A DNA stretch of 64,000 bases, from the NCBI RefSeq assembly GCF_030144855.1, contig NC_082733.1, positions 37,076,001-37,140,000 on the forward strand. Direction: 5' to 3'. Under the pieces are notes generated by a model, which saw only the letters and a program-made list of their open reading frames with translations, was not told the DNA's origin and did not search any database. Positions within the stretch are counted from its first letter, which is position 1. The number at the start of each line of letters is the position of its first letter. The translations under genes and the position numbers were made by a program. The DNA comes from Hypanus sabinus (lineage: Eukaryota). Positions 1-14,600 of this stretch are shown here, piece by piece.

Positions 1-1339
1 CATCTCCGTTATAAATGGACATCTCTCTATTCTAACGCTGTGCCCTCTGGTCCTAGACTCACTCACCATAGGGAACATCAGACCTGGTCTTAACAGCTGT
101 AAATGTAAATAGCCTCATTATATATTTTTTTTTGCACAGGGTAAATTGAGTGGGCTCCTGCTGTGCCACAAATCTCCATGATTCTTAATCGTCATATTGA
201 TTTTTTTTTAAAAATATCATTAACTGTCCCCTGTAGCTTGTGAGTTTTCATTATTTAAAGGTAATGACTAAATTAAATTTTAAAAAGTCAATTTTCTGTA
301 CAAATCAATTGTTGCATCCTCCTGGGATTACACCATTCTCAAAATGCTTTCATTATATTTTTCCCCGTGAAGCCACGGCTATTAATACTAGGGGCAGCGA
401 GGTGGGTAAATGTTGCTTCACATGACACGATTGTAGACTGCCTTCCCCCACAGCTCAGTCAAACGCCGCTTTCTTCATTTTGGGAATTTTACCACGGTCT
501 TTCAGCAATTAATTCCAGTTAATAACTGAAAGCACCCATCTTCAGGTTCCAGCATCGACCCTTGGATGATCTCCGCTCTCTCATCCGCTTTCTGCCCAGG
601 AACCCCGAGTGCAACGGCGGAGATAGCAAACAGCGTGTGTAGAACAATACTGCATCGATCCTTCTCGTAACACAGCACTCTCCCCTCCGACGGGAGTACA
701 AATTGTACTCTTTGACGGGGATAAAGAACTCTGTACGTGTAGATTACTTGGAGCACAACTGAATAATAAACACAAGATGTGCTGACGAAGGATCTCGGCT
801 TGAAACGTCGACTGTTTATTCATTTCCAGATGCTGTCTGACCTGCTGAGTTCCACCAGCATTTTGTGTATGTTGCTCTTTCTATATATAATAAACACCCG
901 TCTGTCAACGTCTTTATAACGTCGTGGGCCTTGTAGAAAATGCAAGCACTTTTCTACAGAGGCTGCAATTTCCTCATATCAAATACATAAAATACAGAAA
1001 CCAATTAAAATAATCAGCATTATGAAAAAGTGCCACACACCAGCAAAACTCGAAGGGTCAAACTCAATCATTCACATAGAAAAGCCCAGGTGAATTGCCC
1101 TACGTTCCCCCAAAATCCCACAGATAGATTCCGAGAACCTGCTTCTCTGACCGTCTGGATAAAAACAATGTCCCTGAAATCACGGTTGTGATGTCGGGGC
1201 GTCTAGCGATACAGTTTCCAGCAAGAAATAACTGACAAGGCTTTTAATCTTGCAAGCGCCGGGGGAGGGGGAAAAAAGCGTTTTGCAATCAGTTTTTTTG
1301 TAAGAACTCGCCCATCTTTAAACATCCTTTTAGCTTTTA

Positions 1340-1620
1340 AAGTGCAACTTACAGTTTGGTGAGATAGTCATTTCCAGTAAGTGTTGAGACTTAAAAGAGG
1401 ATTCCCATCAAATGACTCTTTGCAACATTCACTGGATACTGCTAGGGAGGCGGGGATTCAGCTGTCAACAAAGGCTCCAACCAGGAGGAGATGGCTTCCT
1501 AATGCTGATTGATTTCGAGATAGACCAATCTCCTCTACATACATAATAATTGATAGAAAGGGACGTCGTCCAATGACGGTTGGAATAGGCGGGCGTTTGG
1601 CGGCGTCGTGGAAAACACAC
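1340..1620 (-). promoter_or_regulatory. Candidate CpG-rich promoter and non-coding first exon of a divergently transcribed gene (DET1 is the neighbour expected from human synteny, but no coding sequence is seen)
   Basis: CCAAT at 1525-1529 and 1570-1574, GGCGGG at 1449-1454 and 1588-1593, local CpG enrichment, and a minus-strand donor-like ACT|GTAAGT at 1352-1347. Confidence 0.35.
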
Positions 1621-1759
1621 ACCCAACTGCCGAGTTTTTAAATCTTATCTGGAGTAATGAGATGATTCGCATACTAGCTACACCACCCCTTCATTACGGT
1701 TACTCAATAAAGTATCTTTTCATCTCCAGTTGCAAGCACCTAATTCCTTCGGGTATCAA

Positions 1760-2100
1760 ACACATTGATACAATCAAGAAGGCACACGGCTGTACTTCAT
1801 TAGGAGTTGGAGGAGATTTGGTATGTCACAAAAGACTCCAGCAAATTTTACAGATGTACTGAGGGGAGCTTTCTGACCGGTTGCATTACCAGTGCGGAGG
1901 TTCCAGTGCTCAGAATTGCTGGAAGTTGCAGAGGGCCAGCTCCATCAAGGGCACAAGCCTCCCTACTTTCAAGGACAACTTCAAAAGTCGATGTCTGGAG
2001 AAGGCAGCATCCATCGTTAAGGACCCTCACTATCCGGAACATGACCTCTTCTCAATGCTACCATCAGGGAGGAGATACTGGAGCCTGAAGACACAAGTTC
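1760..2100 (+). mobile_element. Rex1/Babar-type LINE 3' fragment
   Basis: Frameshifted RT C-terminus: FYRCTEGSFLTGCIT and AASIVKDPHYPEHDLFSMLPSGRRY. Confidence 0.7.
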
Positions 2101-2389
2101 AAAGTAAATGTATTGTCAAAGTACATATATGTCACTATATACTACCCTGAGATTTATTTTCTTGCAGGCATCCACAGGAAATACAAAGAAATACAATAGA
2201 TTTACTGAGAAACTGTACAGAGCAAAGATTGAGAAACAGCCAAAGTACAAAAACAAAAAGAGAGAAAAAAATAAATAAGCAATAAATACTGAGAACATGA
2301 GTTGTAGAATCCTCGAAAGTAAGTCCACAGATTGTGTATTCAGTTCAGTGCTGGGGTGATGAAATTGAATGAACTTATCCCTTCTGGTT

Positions 2390-3250
2390 CCAGAGTCTGA
2401 TGGTTGAAAGGAAATAACTTCTTGAACCTGGTGTTGTGGGACCTGAGGCTCATGTACCTTCTTCCTCTTGGCATCAGCAAGAAGAGAGCATGGCCTGGAT
2501 GGTGGAACTCCTTGATGATGAACACTGCTTCCCTGCGACAGAGCTCCTTGCAGATGTATTCAATGGTGGAGAGGGCCGTATCCATGACTTCTTGTAGACT
2601 TTTCTGTTCTAGGGCATTTCTACACCAGGCCATAATACATTTAGTCAGTACTGTATACTCAACGGTATATCTACAGAAGTTAGTTAAAGCTTTAGATGAT
2701 ATGCTGAATCTTTGCAAACTTTTTAGAAATGAGAAGAAACTCTTTGTAATGGCTGTTACATGCTGGACCCAGGACAGATCCTCTGAAATGATAATGCTGA
2801 GGAATTTAAAGTTGCTGATTCTCTTCACCTCTCATCCCCTGGTGAAGACAGGCTCATGGACCCTGGTTTTCTCCTCCTGCATCAATAATCAGCTCTTAGG
2901 TCTTACTGACATTGTTAAGCAACCAGTCAGCCTCCCTCCTATATGTTGATTCGTCACCATCTTTAATTCAGCCTATAAATGTGGTATCAAAAAGTTGTAT
3001 TGGAGCTGTACTTAATCTCACAGCCATAAGGATAAAGCAAGTAGAGACAGAAGGCTAAGCACACAGCCCTGTGTTGCACCTGCGCTAATGGTGATCGTGG
3101 AGGAAATGTTGTCAATCCAAGCTGACTAGGGTCTGGAAGTGAGGAAATTGAGGATTCAATTGCATAAGGAAGTATTGAAGCTAAGGTCTGGAATCTTATT
3201 GATAAGCTTTGTGGGGATGGTAGTATTGAATGCCAATCTGTAGTCAATGG
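2390..3250 (-). mobile_element. Rex1/Babar-type LINE fragment
   Basis: ORF 2340-2828 reads NFKFLSIIISEDLSW and HHPGHALFLLMPRGRRY. Confidence 0.7.
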
Positions 3251-3633
3251 CTCTTCACTCAACCCTGGAACATTTGGATCTGTGCATCTTTGAAACATGG
3301 GCGGAAACTGGAGCACCCAGAGGAACCCCACACAGTCACAGGTAGAATGTATGAACTCCCTACCAACAGCCACATTGTATGTTGAACATTGAAACCCGAT
3401 CAGTGATAGCTGGCGCTGTAAAGTAATTGGGCTAACCAACATGCTACCATGACTCACCTTCCATCTGGGCATGTTGCAGCAATCCCTGGACTCAATTCTG
3501 AATTCAATAACTTCAGTTAACTCACTTTCTCTGCTTGAATTAGAACAACACAGTTCTGGTGAAGATCATGAACACAAGAGATTCTGCAGGCACTGGAAAG
3601 CTTAAGTAGCACACACAAAACGCTGGAGGAACT

Positions 3634-3880
3634 TGTGAATTTGATATTTCAGTAATATTTGAGTAATCTTGTAAATATATTGTTTGATTACGCATTCTTG
3701 TTTATTTCAATAATTCATTACTGGTTATATGTATAAATACATAAATTACATACATCATCACAGCAACCATGTGATACGTGCATGCCTTGCTTAAGTTAAA
3801 CATGAAGTAAGACCCACATTACGAAATCCCATGCCTTCCTTTGAATTAGTTTAATGTTTTTGAAGTTACAAAGCACAGCA
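3634..3880. mobile_element. Solo LTR (247 bp) inserted into a Penelope tail; partial inverted copy at about 14055-14235
   Basis: TG...CA termini and a 5-bp TSD GAACT/GAATT that splits the host repeat ctggaggaactcagcagg. Confidence 0.65.
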
Positions 3881-5924
3881 GAATTCAGCAGGCCAGGCAA
3901 CGTATGGAATAAACAGTCAACATCATAGGCTAAGACCCCTCATCAGGCCCTCGGCTCAACATCTCGGCTGTTTATTCCTCTCCATAGATGCTGCCTGACC
4001 TACTGAGCTTTTCCAGCATTTTGTGTCCGATTTAAGGTCATACGTTTGCAGCATTGACTTTGTGTTTCTCACTCCACTAACACAGACTGACCTGTTGGGT
4101 ATTTCTTGCAACTCTATCTTTCATAATTTTTACATGTCCCAGGTTTGTTTCCCCCCCCCCCACCTCTCTCTCTTTATCTGTTTACCACACTGAACTGCTC
4201 TCATTAACCTATCAATCAGAGAGCTTCATCAACAGCTTATCACTATGGCAATCCTAGTCTTATCCTATCAACAAAATTCTCTTACTTGCATCCATCCCAA
4301 AAAGCCCCGTGGAGCAGCAAACTGAACTGGCCCATCTCTTGCCTCTGACCATGACACCCTGGCCATGTCAATCTGGCCTGGCGCTTAAATCATTCAAACT
4401 TCGGTTCATTGCTTACCATTGGGCTCAGGCTCCATCGCCTTGATAAGGCCGGTACTCGACCTTTCCAATTCAGCTTGGCTCTTAAGTCGATCAAACCTCA
4501 GATCCTTCCACGCCTCATCTCCAAGTCCTCTCCAGCAGCTCCAGCCAGGACATGCTGCAACTGACCTGCCTTAGCAAGACTCCAGTCACACCTCAAAAAA
4601 TATCAGCTTTACAGGCAATTCTGCTCAGCTCAGACAGGGAAGCAACAGGCCGCTTCCTTATTCAAGAAAGGGAGTAAGCGATCATTTACCAGAAAAAGTG
4701 TGAATAAAGAAGTTTATCAAGTCAAATCATTTATTGTCATTCGACTATATACACGTACACTGTCAAATGAGACATTTCTCCAAACCAGGATTTAAAGCAC
4801 AATAATACACATAACGCACATATGCCATACAGTAACTTATGAAAATAAGGATGAAATTTGCAGATGGATTACTTGTAAATAAACATACTAAAGTGCATAA
4901 ATTAAATATTGCAAGGCACAGAACAGATTAACCAGTGACACGTTGAATGTGATGCGGCAGGGATGGCCTGATGGAAGAAACTGTTTCCCATCCCGACTAT
5001 TCTCGTTTTTAAAGAGGATGCTGGACAGATGAGTGAGAGCGTTCCTGATAAATGTCCCTGATGGAAGGACGGGTGGATGGTCATCCATGATTTGAACTCC
5101 CAGGAACTTGGTGCACTTAACTCTCTCTATGGAGGACCCATGTCTTTGCAGAGTTGTATGGCTGAATAACAACTGAACTTGAATTCTAATTCTCTACCTA
5201 CAGATACTGCCCGCACTTCTATATCTTTACAACATTTTCTGTTTTTTTTAAATTTAAGTTTGGGATCTTGCGTCTCCTGAATAAAACACCAGGATTTGGG
5301 ATTGCTTCCATCAAACCTTTAGATCTTTAGATCTTGAACCAAAAGCAAAATACTTCTTTGTTGTTGGAAATCTGTAGTGAAACAGAATGTAATCAGCAAG
5401 CCAGATTCTAGTTGTGGTGACAGAAATCTATGGCCCCAGGGCTCAAAATCCAGAAGGCAGAGACTTAAAGTAATTATAGAAGGATTGGCAGGGTAGAGAA
5501 GGCGGAGATGGTAGTGGAGAAGGTGGAGGTGAGAAGACCTTTCATCCAGGGGTTGAACCTGGAACTTTCTGAAAGGGTGGCACAGGTGGGAACCCTCAAC
5601 ACATGTAAGCAGTTTTTAGGTGTACAGTAGATGAATAATCATGACTTGTAAGGCTATGTATCTAACAATAGATGGTGGGATTAAACTGAGTGACGTTTTC
5701 AACTGACAATGGTATAACTGGCAGGGTGTCTGAGAATGGTCTCACTTTCATAGACTCTACACCTATGTTCTTGGTATTACTTATTTATTTTGTATTTGCA
5801 CGGTTTGTCTTCTTCTGCACATTGGTTGTTAGTCAGTCTTTTCATTGATGCTATTGCATTTCTCTCTCCTACTCTAAATGCCCACAAGAAAATGAAATCT
5901 CAGGGTAGTATATGGTGATACATA

Positions 5925-6807
5925 CAGTACTGTGCAAAAGTCTTAGGCACATATATATAGCTAGGGTGCCTAAGACTTATGCACAGTACAGTAGTAATTT
6001 TATGCATTGCACTGTACTGCTGCCACAAAAATAAAACAGATTTCATGACATATGTGAGCAATAATAAACCTGATTCTGATATGGGTCTCTCTATTGTGGA
6101 CTGAGAGTGGAAAAGGGGTAGGGAGCAGGGGATCATGGCTGGGAAAAAGGGAGGGACTGAGAAGCATCAGAGAGACGTTCTGTAATGATCAATAAATCTG
6201 TGGTTGTGAACTCCCCATGATTTACAAAGACAGGTGTGAAAAAAGGGCTTGAAGGATGATTGGGGACCTGAGTCACCCCAACCACAAACTATTCCAACTC
6301 CTACCATCTGAGAAATGGTACCACAGCATAAGAGTCAGGACCAACAGGCTCCGGGACAGCTTCTTCCACCAGGCCATCAGACTGCTTAACTCACGCTGAT
6401 TTGAATGTATTTCTATGTTACTTTGACTGTTCTATTTATTATAAATAGAACTATGATTGCACTTTGCACATTTAGACGGAGACATAGCGTAAAGAGGTTT
6501 TACTCTTCATGTATGTTAAGGATGTAAGAAATAAAGCCAATTCAAAAAGTAATTGTTTGGAATCAAGTGACTTTGCCTGGTGTCTCAGGGCTGGGAATGT
6601 CTGCACCAGCGCATACCTTCCCCCACCCACCAGCTCTGGCACTCCTTCTCTGCCAGCTCTCCCACAGCACCCCGCCCTCACCATTCCCACCATACTTTGC
6701 TCCCACCAGATTTACAATCTCACTCTCCGCTCCACTTTGACAAATACCATACTGTGTAAAAATCTTAGGCACCCTATATATGTGCCTAAGAATTTTGCAC
6801 AGAAGTG
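5925..6807. mobile_element. Non-autonomous Tc1/mariner-like MITE with palindromic end modules; contains a nested LINE fragment at about 6200-6550
   Basis: Terminal cagtactgtgcaaaagtcttaggcac and its inverse; the internal sequence recurs at 8273-8798 and 26022-26473. Confidence 0.6.
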
Positions 6808-8272
6808 CATGTACGCTAATAATAAATTTACTTTGAACTTTGACCTCCGTCTGAGTCTTCTGTTCCAGGTTGATGATCTTTTTCTGGAGTCTGTGTGCCA
6901 TTAATTTAATTTCTCTGACATTACACCACTCATTTGGTACTGCACCAGTGTCAGCCTGCATTATCTATGTTCAAGTCTCTGAAGTGGGATTTGATCCAGA
7001 ATATACTAGGTTTTCCCAAAGGCAAGAAGTTTACCCACAGGGCCACATTAACCCATTAAGCTATTATTACCTTTGCTAAATAAAACTCCGAAGTATGTTA
7101 CGGGAAAGAACATGGAACATAAAACATGACAGCATTGTACACGTCCTTGGCCCACAGTGTTGTGCCAACCTTTAAACCTCCACTAACTCTCCCCTCCCAT
7201 ATAGCCCTCCATTTTTCTATCATCCATGTACCTATCTAAAATTTTAATAAGTGCCCCTGATGTAACTGACTCTACCACCATCCCTGTCAGGGCATTCCAC
7301 ACATCCACCACTGACATTCCCCATACACCGAAACACCTCCAAACACCAAAATAATTATGACCCACCCCCTTGGTATTAGCCATTAAAACTAACTAACTGA
7401 AAGATTCAGATTCTGATTCAAAAGCATTTATTTACCACACATGCATTGAAACATTCAACAAAATGTGTCATTTGCATTAACTACCACCACAACCTAAGGA
7501 TGGGCTGGGTATCATTTACTAATGGGTCATTAAAGTCCATCCATTCCTAGTTTCATGTTTTATAAATTTCTGAATAGTCTACTTAAGCCCAGATAGGAAG
7601 GGACCGTACTTTAGAATCACAGTAATTTATTAAGAGTAAAGTCATTACAATGCAGCACTATCATGGGTCTCAGAAGCTTCAAGAAGAAAAGTGGGCGAGC
7701 GTTTATATAATCTATTCCTTGTTAGCATTTCTACCTAGAGCCAGAGGGTGCAGTGTGCAGAAACAGTCCCTGGATTTATTCTGCCGGAGTTTCATAGCAA
7801 CCTTTGGTGAAAGCAAGCATCAAAGCAAGTTGATTGAATAGATTCAAGACTAAATGACATATGTTCTTAAAACCAAGACTAAATGTCTGCAGCCTTTGGC
7901 AACCGTTAACAAAGAACTTTCCGATACAAAAGGCTAGGAGTGTATGCTTCCTGCGTTTGCCTCGTTTCAGCTGTAAATATTCACCCATACTGCAAATGCA
8001 ACAAACCCCAAACTCAGATTTCTAGTATTTTACAGTTTTTTTTTGTTCTGAGAGATTGTTTTGTATTTCTGACTTTAGTGAGATGTGGGTATGATATGTT
8101 GGCGCAGGAAGTATGGTGCAGCACAATCCTCACTGATTCGATGCAAACAATGCATTTCAATGTATGTTTTGATATATGTGTGACAAATAAAGCTGTTATT
8201 TATTTTTATCTATCTATCTGTCTGTATGTATGTCCATCTATTTTTCTATCCATCAACCTATTTACCCATCTA

Positions 8273-8798
8273 CAGTACTGTGCAAAAGTCTTAGGCACAT
8301 ACTGTATATACAGTATTAGATTTTGCACAGTACTGTATTTGTCAACATGGAGCAAAGTGCGAGTTTGTAAATCCTGTAGGAGCAAAGGATGTTGGGAATG
8401 GCGGGGTAGAGCGCCGCGGGAGGGGTGTGGGACAGGTGGCAGAGAAGGATTGCCGGGGCAGGGGGTGGCGCAGGTGCAGCCACACCCAGCCCTGAGACAT
8501 CAGACAAGGTCATTTGGTTCCAAACAATTGGTTTATTCAGAATGCCTCTCTGGTGCTTCCTGCTCCCTCCCCTCTCCCTTGCCTTTCCCCAACCGTGGTT
8601 TCCCTCATCCTGCACACTTCCCACTCTTAGTCCACAATAAAGACCCATATCAGAATCAAATTTATCATCACTCACGTATGTCATGAAATTTGTTTTTTTT
8701 TTCTGCGACCGTAGTACAGTCCAATGCTTAAAATTACTGTGCAAAAGGCTTAGGGTCCCTAGTACAATATATATGTTCAAGACTTTAGCACAGTACCA
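8273..8798. mobile_element. Second MITE copy, inverted relative to 5925-6807
   Basis: Same termini and reverse-complemented core. Confidence 0.6.
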
Positions 8799-8817
8799 TA
8801 TCTACACATTTATGTAT

Positions 8818-8852
8818 TACCTATCTATCTATCTATCTATCTCTCTATCTAT
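8818..8852 (+). repeat. (TCTA)n microsatellite; related (AGAT)n at about 9315-9350
   Basis: ctatctatctatctatctatctctctatctat. Confidence 0.85.
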
Positions 8853-10239
8853 ATATGCATCCATTTACTTATATTTATTTACTTTATTAGTTCTTATCCT
8901 TTTGTCTATTTATTTATTTATTTGTTTGTTTGTTTAGAGATACAGTCCAACAAGACTGTGCCACCCCAGATACACCCCTGTGACAAATTAACTTACTATC
9001 CCATATGACTTAGGAATGAAGGAAACCAGAGCACCTGGAGGAAACCCATTCTTCTGGACCAGCTCAGTGTTATCCCAGTTGAAGAGTCCATCAATGCGAA
9101 TAGGTGTAATTGTTATGAATACCCCTGTGGACTTGGAACCCCCTGTTTGGTGACTTCACTGGAGAAAAGAACAGCAAGTGGAACCAAAAAAATACAAAGG
9201 CAATCTCACAATATGTTCACCATTGAGCCTTATCTCCTTCATTATTCATCTGCAGTGCATATTTAATACAGTTCTTTCTGTTTCGATTCCTCTTCTTTCC
9301 AGGTTGAGCAAGGGATAGGTAGATAGATAGATACATAGATAGATAGATAGAGACACATAGCTAATAGATTGATAAATAGGTAAATATCACTGCGTTCTCT
9401 GTGTAGAGTTTGCAAGTTCTTTTGGAGAAGCGGGACAATGCCACTGTTGCAGGGTAAGGGTCAAATAACCGTGACCATGTTGATTTCCTGTTGGTGACCC
9501 TGTTTCCTCCCACTACACAAAGGCATGAGGGTTGGTGACTTAATTGCTAGGTAAATTGTCATTAATATGCAGATGAATCAAGGGGATTTGATGAGAGTGG
9601 GGATATTAAACGGGTCTAGATTTGCTGTTGTTGTTTTGCTGCTTGTTGTGTTCTGTGTTGGGCTGCCGAACATTGTGGCCATGCTATACTGGTGTCAGGG
9701 TATGTGACATCACCTGCGGGCTGCCCCCAGCACAACCCTAAGTTGTGGAGGTTCGCGCAAGTGCTCCTTTCACTGTGTGCAGTAAGTAAATCTGAATCAT
9801 ATTAATAGTACATTGTGCTGCTGAAGGTCCAAATGGCCCATTTTTGTGCTTTATTTTGCTGCGACTCTGTGCCAAGGCTTAAAGCTCAAGAATTCCCCCT
9901 CTTTATCTCCCGCCCCTTCATGTTTATTTCCTCCTTTCATGTTCCACCTCATCCTTCCGATCTATTGTCTCTACATTTACAGGCGTTCCCTACCTGGCGT
10001 CCATGGACTCCTCAGTTAATGGTAGGAGACTCTGGCATAAAAATAGTTGGGAACCCCTACTCTACACATAGATTCATCTAATAAATTTTCTCTGGTGTAC
10101 TTTGGGACATTTAATGATGTTGATGTTTTTTTTTAAAAGGGGCTTCTCTCATTGGAGTTTTTTTGTACTAATATCTTGTTTTGCACAGTTTTGTTTTCAT
10201 TATCTGGTATATTTTTTATGTATGCTTATCTTAAGGAGA

Positions 10240-11650
10240 AAATAATCTCTTCCTCAATATCAACCAACAAAGGTTATTAACTTCAGGAGAACTTGCAGCA
10301 TTCACAGTTCCCTTTATGTCAGCAGCACAGCACTGGAAACTGCAAGCAGTTTCAAACTCCTTGGAGTGCACATCACACACAACTTCCCATAGTTCCAGAG
10401 CACTTCACACACAAACTCTCACGGTCCCTGAGCACATCCTGCACAATCAGCCAAGCTCACCAATGCTTCTACTTTCTGAGGGGGCTGAAGAGAGCTGGAC
10501 TGTGTAGTTCATAACTCACAACCTTCAAATGATGCGCAGTAGAGAGCATCCTAACATGCTGCACCACTGTGTGGTATGGAAACTGCATGGTGGAGGATAG
10601 GAAGGCTCTAAAATGGGAAGTCAAAACTGCCCAAGGTATCACTGTTAACAGCCTACCTGCCATCCAGGACATATTTTGAGAAAGGTGCCAGAAAAAGACC
10701 AGCACTATCATAAAGAATTCCACCAACCCTGCTCATGATCTGTTTGTCCCACTCCCGTCAGAGAGGAGGCTGCATAGCATCCATGCAAGGACCACCAGAC
10801 TCAAAAATGGTTACTTTCCCCAATCAGTAAGACTGATCAACATCTCCACCCACTAACCAACTCCACCACACTCCCAACAACCACCACCGCATTATCATTT
10901 CCTGTCAGAGTCACCTTATGTGCAGACATTCCTGTGCCTAGTGTCACTTTATGGGCATATAATCAATGTATGTATGTATGTATGCTATCTTATATATTTA
11001 TTGTCTTTTATTATTGTTTTATTTTTCTTTTTTTTGGGCTGCATTGGATCCTGATTAACAATTATTTCATTCTCCTTTACATTTGTGTACTGGAAATTCC
11101 ATTAAACAATCTTGAATCTTAAATCTTCCATATGTTGTCTGGACCTATTAGCCTGTGATGATGCTGCAAGCATATTTTTCATTGTACCTTCTTTCTAGGC
11201 ATCAAAACCTCTAAGGATCTATCCTGGGCCCAACAGATTGATGGAATTATGAAGAAGGCATGCGAGTGGCTACACTTTATTAGGAGTCTGAGGAGATTTG
11301 GTATGTCAACAAAGATTCCAGCAGATTTCTACAGATGCACCGTGGAGAGCTTTCTGACTGCTCACGTCACCAACTGATATGGAGGGGCCACCGCACAGGA
11401 TCGGAAAAAGCTGCAAAAGGTTGGAATCTTAGCCAGTTTCATCATGGGCACTACCCTTCCCACCACCAAGGACATCTTCAAAATATGATGTCTCAAGAAT
11501 GCAGCATCCATCATTAAGAACCCTCACCACCCAGTCTATGCCTTCTCATTACTGACATCAGGGAGGAGGTACCGGAGCCTGAAGGCACACATTCAATGTT
11601 TTAGGAAGTTTTTCCCCTCCACTTTCAGATTTCTGAACTACCCATGAACA
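10240..11650 (+). mobile_element. Two degraded Rex1/Babar LINE 3' fragments
   Basis: AHQCFYFLRGLKRAG, ESILTCCTTVWYG and similar remnants. Confidence 0.6.
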
Positions 11651-14600
11651 CATGAACACCATCTCACTTTTTTGCTCTTTTTGCATACATTTCATACTGT
11701 AATTTATAATATTTATATTATTATATTGCTGTGCAATGCTGACAGAAAACAACAAATTTCATTACATATGTCAGTGATAATAAACCATGGTTTTGTACCT
11801 CACCGTACTTTGTACACGGCAAAATACACATGGACATCCTGGTTTCCAGCTTTGCCTAAATTAAGGACTCTGGTTCAATGGATCCAATGCAGCCAGGAGC
11901 TACAGAAATGGAATGTGGGGACCACAAGGAGATGTACTGATTTGTGTCTGTGTCCATTAATAGAAAGGCTGGAACAAGATTAGATAACTTCCAGCTATAA
12001 CTGCCTCTTTGTCAAATACTGGCACCTGCTGCACAACAATGGCATTGTTCCTCCCATTCAAGATTCAAGATTGTTTATTGCCATTCTTCAGTACATGAGT
12101 GTAAAGAAGAGAATAATGATTATTTCTGATCCAATGCAGCATAAAAAAAGAAAACAAAAGGTACAATATACAAAAACAATTCTTCTCCTTCACTGTCTGT
12201 TTGGAATTTGCACTGTGACTCCACAAGTTTCCTCCTAGAGCTTATAAACTGGATTATCTTATCATTGAATTGTTCTGGGAGTAAGGGATCTCCTCTTGTG
12301 ATCAATTCTGGTTGCCTCATTATAGGAAGGACGTGAAGGCTTTAGAGAGGGTGGAGAGGAGATTGACCAGCATGCTGATCGGGTTGGAGAGCATGTCTTA
12401 TGAGGATAGGTTGAGTGAGTTAGGGCTTTTCACTTTGGAGTGAAGGAGGAAGAGAAGTGATTTGATATTTGTTGATTTGCGGCTGCTGTACATTGCAGTA
12501 CCCTTCGAGCCGTGCTGCCCAGCAACCCTTGATTTAATCACGGGACTATTTACAATGAGCAGTTTACCTACCAACCAGTGCATCTTTGGGCTGTGGGAGC
12601 AAACCAGAGCAGCTGGAGGAAACCCCGCAGACATGGAGTTGGGAGATACAAGCTCCTTACAGACAGCAGCATAGAGGGCTATGGTCTGGGTGCACGCCAA
12701 TGGGACTAGGCAGTTTAAATGACTTGGAGCTTATTTGTTCCTGAAACGTTGATTGTATCTTCGGGTTCCTGTACCACTTCTTTGATAGTAGCAATGAGAA
12801 GAGGGCATGTCCTGAGTGATGGGGAACCTTAATGGATGTTTCCTTCTTAAGGCATCACCCTTACAACATGTCCTGGATGCTAGAGAGGCAAGTGTCCTTG
12901 GTGGGGCTGGCTGAGTTTACAACTTTCTGCAGCTTTTCCTATGCCATGGCCCCTCCATACCAGACAGTGATGCAACTGGGTAGAATGCTCCCCACGGTGT
13001 GGCAGTGGAAGTCTGCAAGTGTCTATAATGACACACCAATTCTCCTCAAACTCCTAATTAAGTATAGCTGCTGTTGTGTCTTCTTCGTAATTGCATCAAT
13101 ATCATAGACACAAGATAGATCCTAGGAGATGCTGACACTCAGGAACTTGAAACTGCCCACTCTTTCCACAGCTGATCCCTTGATGAGCACTGGAGAGGTT
13201 TCCCTTGTCTTCCCCTTTCTGAAGACCACAATCAATCCCCTGACCTTACTGACAGTGAGTGTAAAGTTGTGCAGCAACACCACTCAGCCCCCGATCTATC
13301 TCATTCCTGTATGGCTCATATCACATCCGTCGTCCTAGCGATTCAGGTGCTTATCTATTTACTTCTTAAAGGGACTCTGCCGGCACTTCTGAACACTTGC
13401 TAATTCAGTTTATTATTGTCCATACAGATTTCATTGCAACAGTGCATCGATGTGTGGTTGTCCATCGTGTCCAACGACGACAGGAAACTTGTGTGGGAGA
13501 GATTTTAAAGTGGAAAAGCCATTGCATTGCAGCAGTTCCACTCTCTCAGCCTCTGAAGCCCAGGCCCAGTGGGACGAACAGGCCTCACAAACTGGGGTCT
13601 TCCTTGATTGCAGTGGATGACCATGACATCATCTATGCCTTGTTATGCCCTTTGCCCTCTGCAAAGCGTTGCAGTATTGCCAGTAGATCTCATTGGCCCA
13701 GTCCACCGAAGCTGACTTCCTATGCTGGGACAGGCTCACCCGGGTAAGAGTCTGCAGGCTGCCTTCACCTGGTTTAGACCGTCTGTCGAAGTGGTGTACT
13801 GGGATGTGGCCGCTGTCGCACGCAGGCAGCTGCTTGGAGCCACAGGTGAGAGCTGAGTGCCTGACGGGAACTAAAGGTGAGTGTGCTGCCCCAGAATAGA
13901 CATGACAAGCCCCTTCACCTGAGGAGTTACCCCTCCCTGGCCACCCATACACCTGATTCATTGAGATAGTACAAGGAAAAACAATTGCAAAATGCAGTGT
14001 TACAGTTACAGAGAAAGTGCAGTGCAGGCAGACAATGAGGTGTAAAACCATAATTGTTATATTTTGTAACTTCAAAACATTAAACTAATTCATAAGGAGA
14101 TATAGGAGTCCAAAATGTGAGTCTAAATTTGTGTTTACTTTAAGAGAAGCACGCACATATCACGTGGTAGTGTGAGAGCATAAGCAATTAACGTATTTAT
14201 ACGTGTAACTCACAATTAATTATTTAAAGAACAGAGGTTCAAAGGTACATTTATTATCAAAGTGTAAAACTCTGAAATTCTTCAGTTCTCCGGAAGGCAA
14301 TGAAACCAGGAAAGCAAAGAAAGTCAGCACGATCATCAACCCCCAAATCTCACCTACCCACTAAAATAATACAAACATAAACGGAACAGGCACATCATTC
14401 CCCAAATCCCACCACCCACAGAAAAAAAAACGAACAAAATGGATCAGGCACATCGACCCCCAAATCCCCGCACAAGAAAACGGGAATATTGGGCGTAAAA
14501 ACACAGAATAGAAAAACTATGAGAGTGAAAAAAATGACTCTCTTGGCCTGTGCAACATTCTCTAGGCTCTCCCCTCTCTGGTACAGTGCAGCTGATCAAA

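Noticed and set aside
7940-8686. 248-aa ORF
   Set aside because: Crosses microsatellite and MITE sequence and has no recognisable domain.
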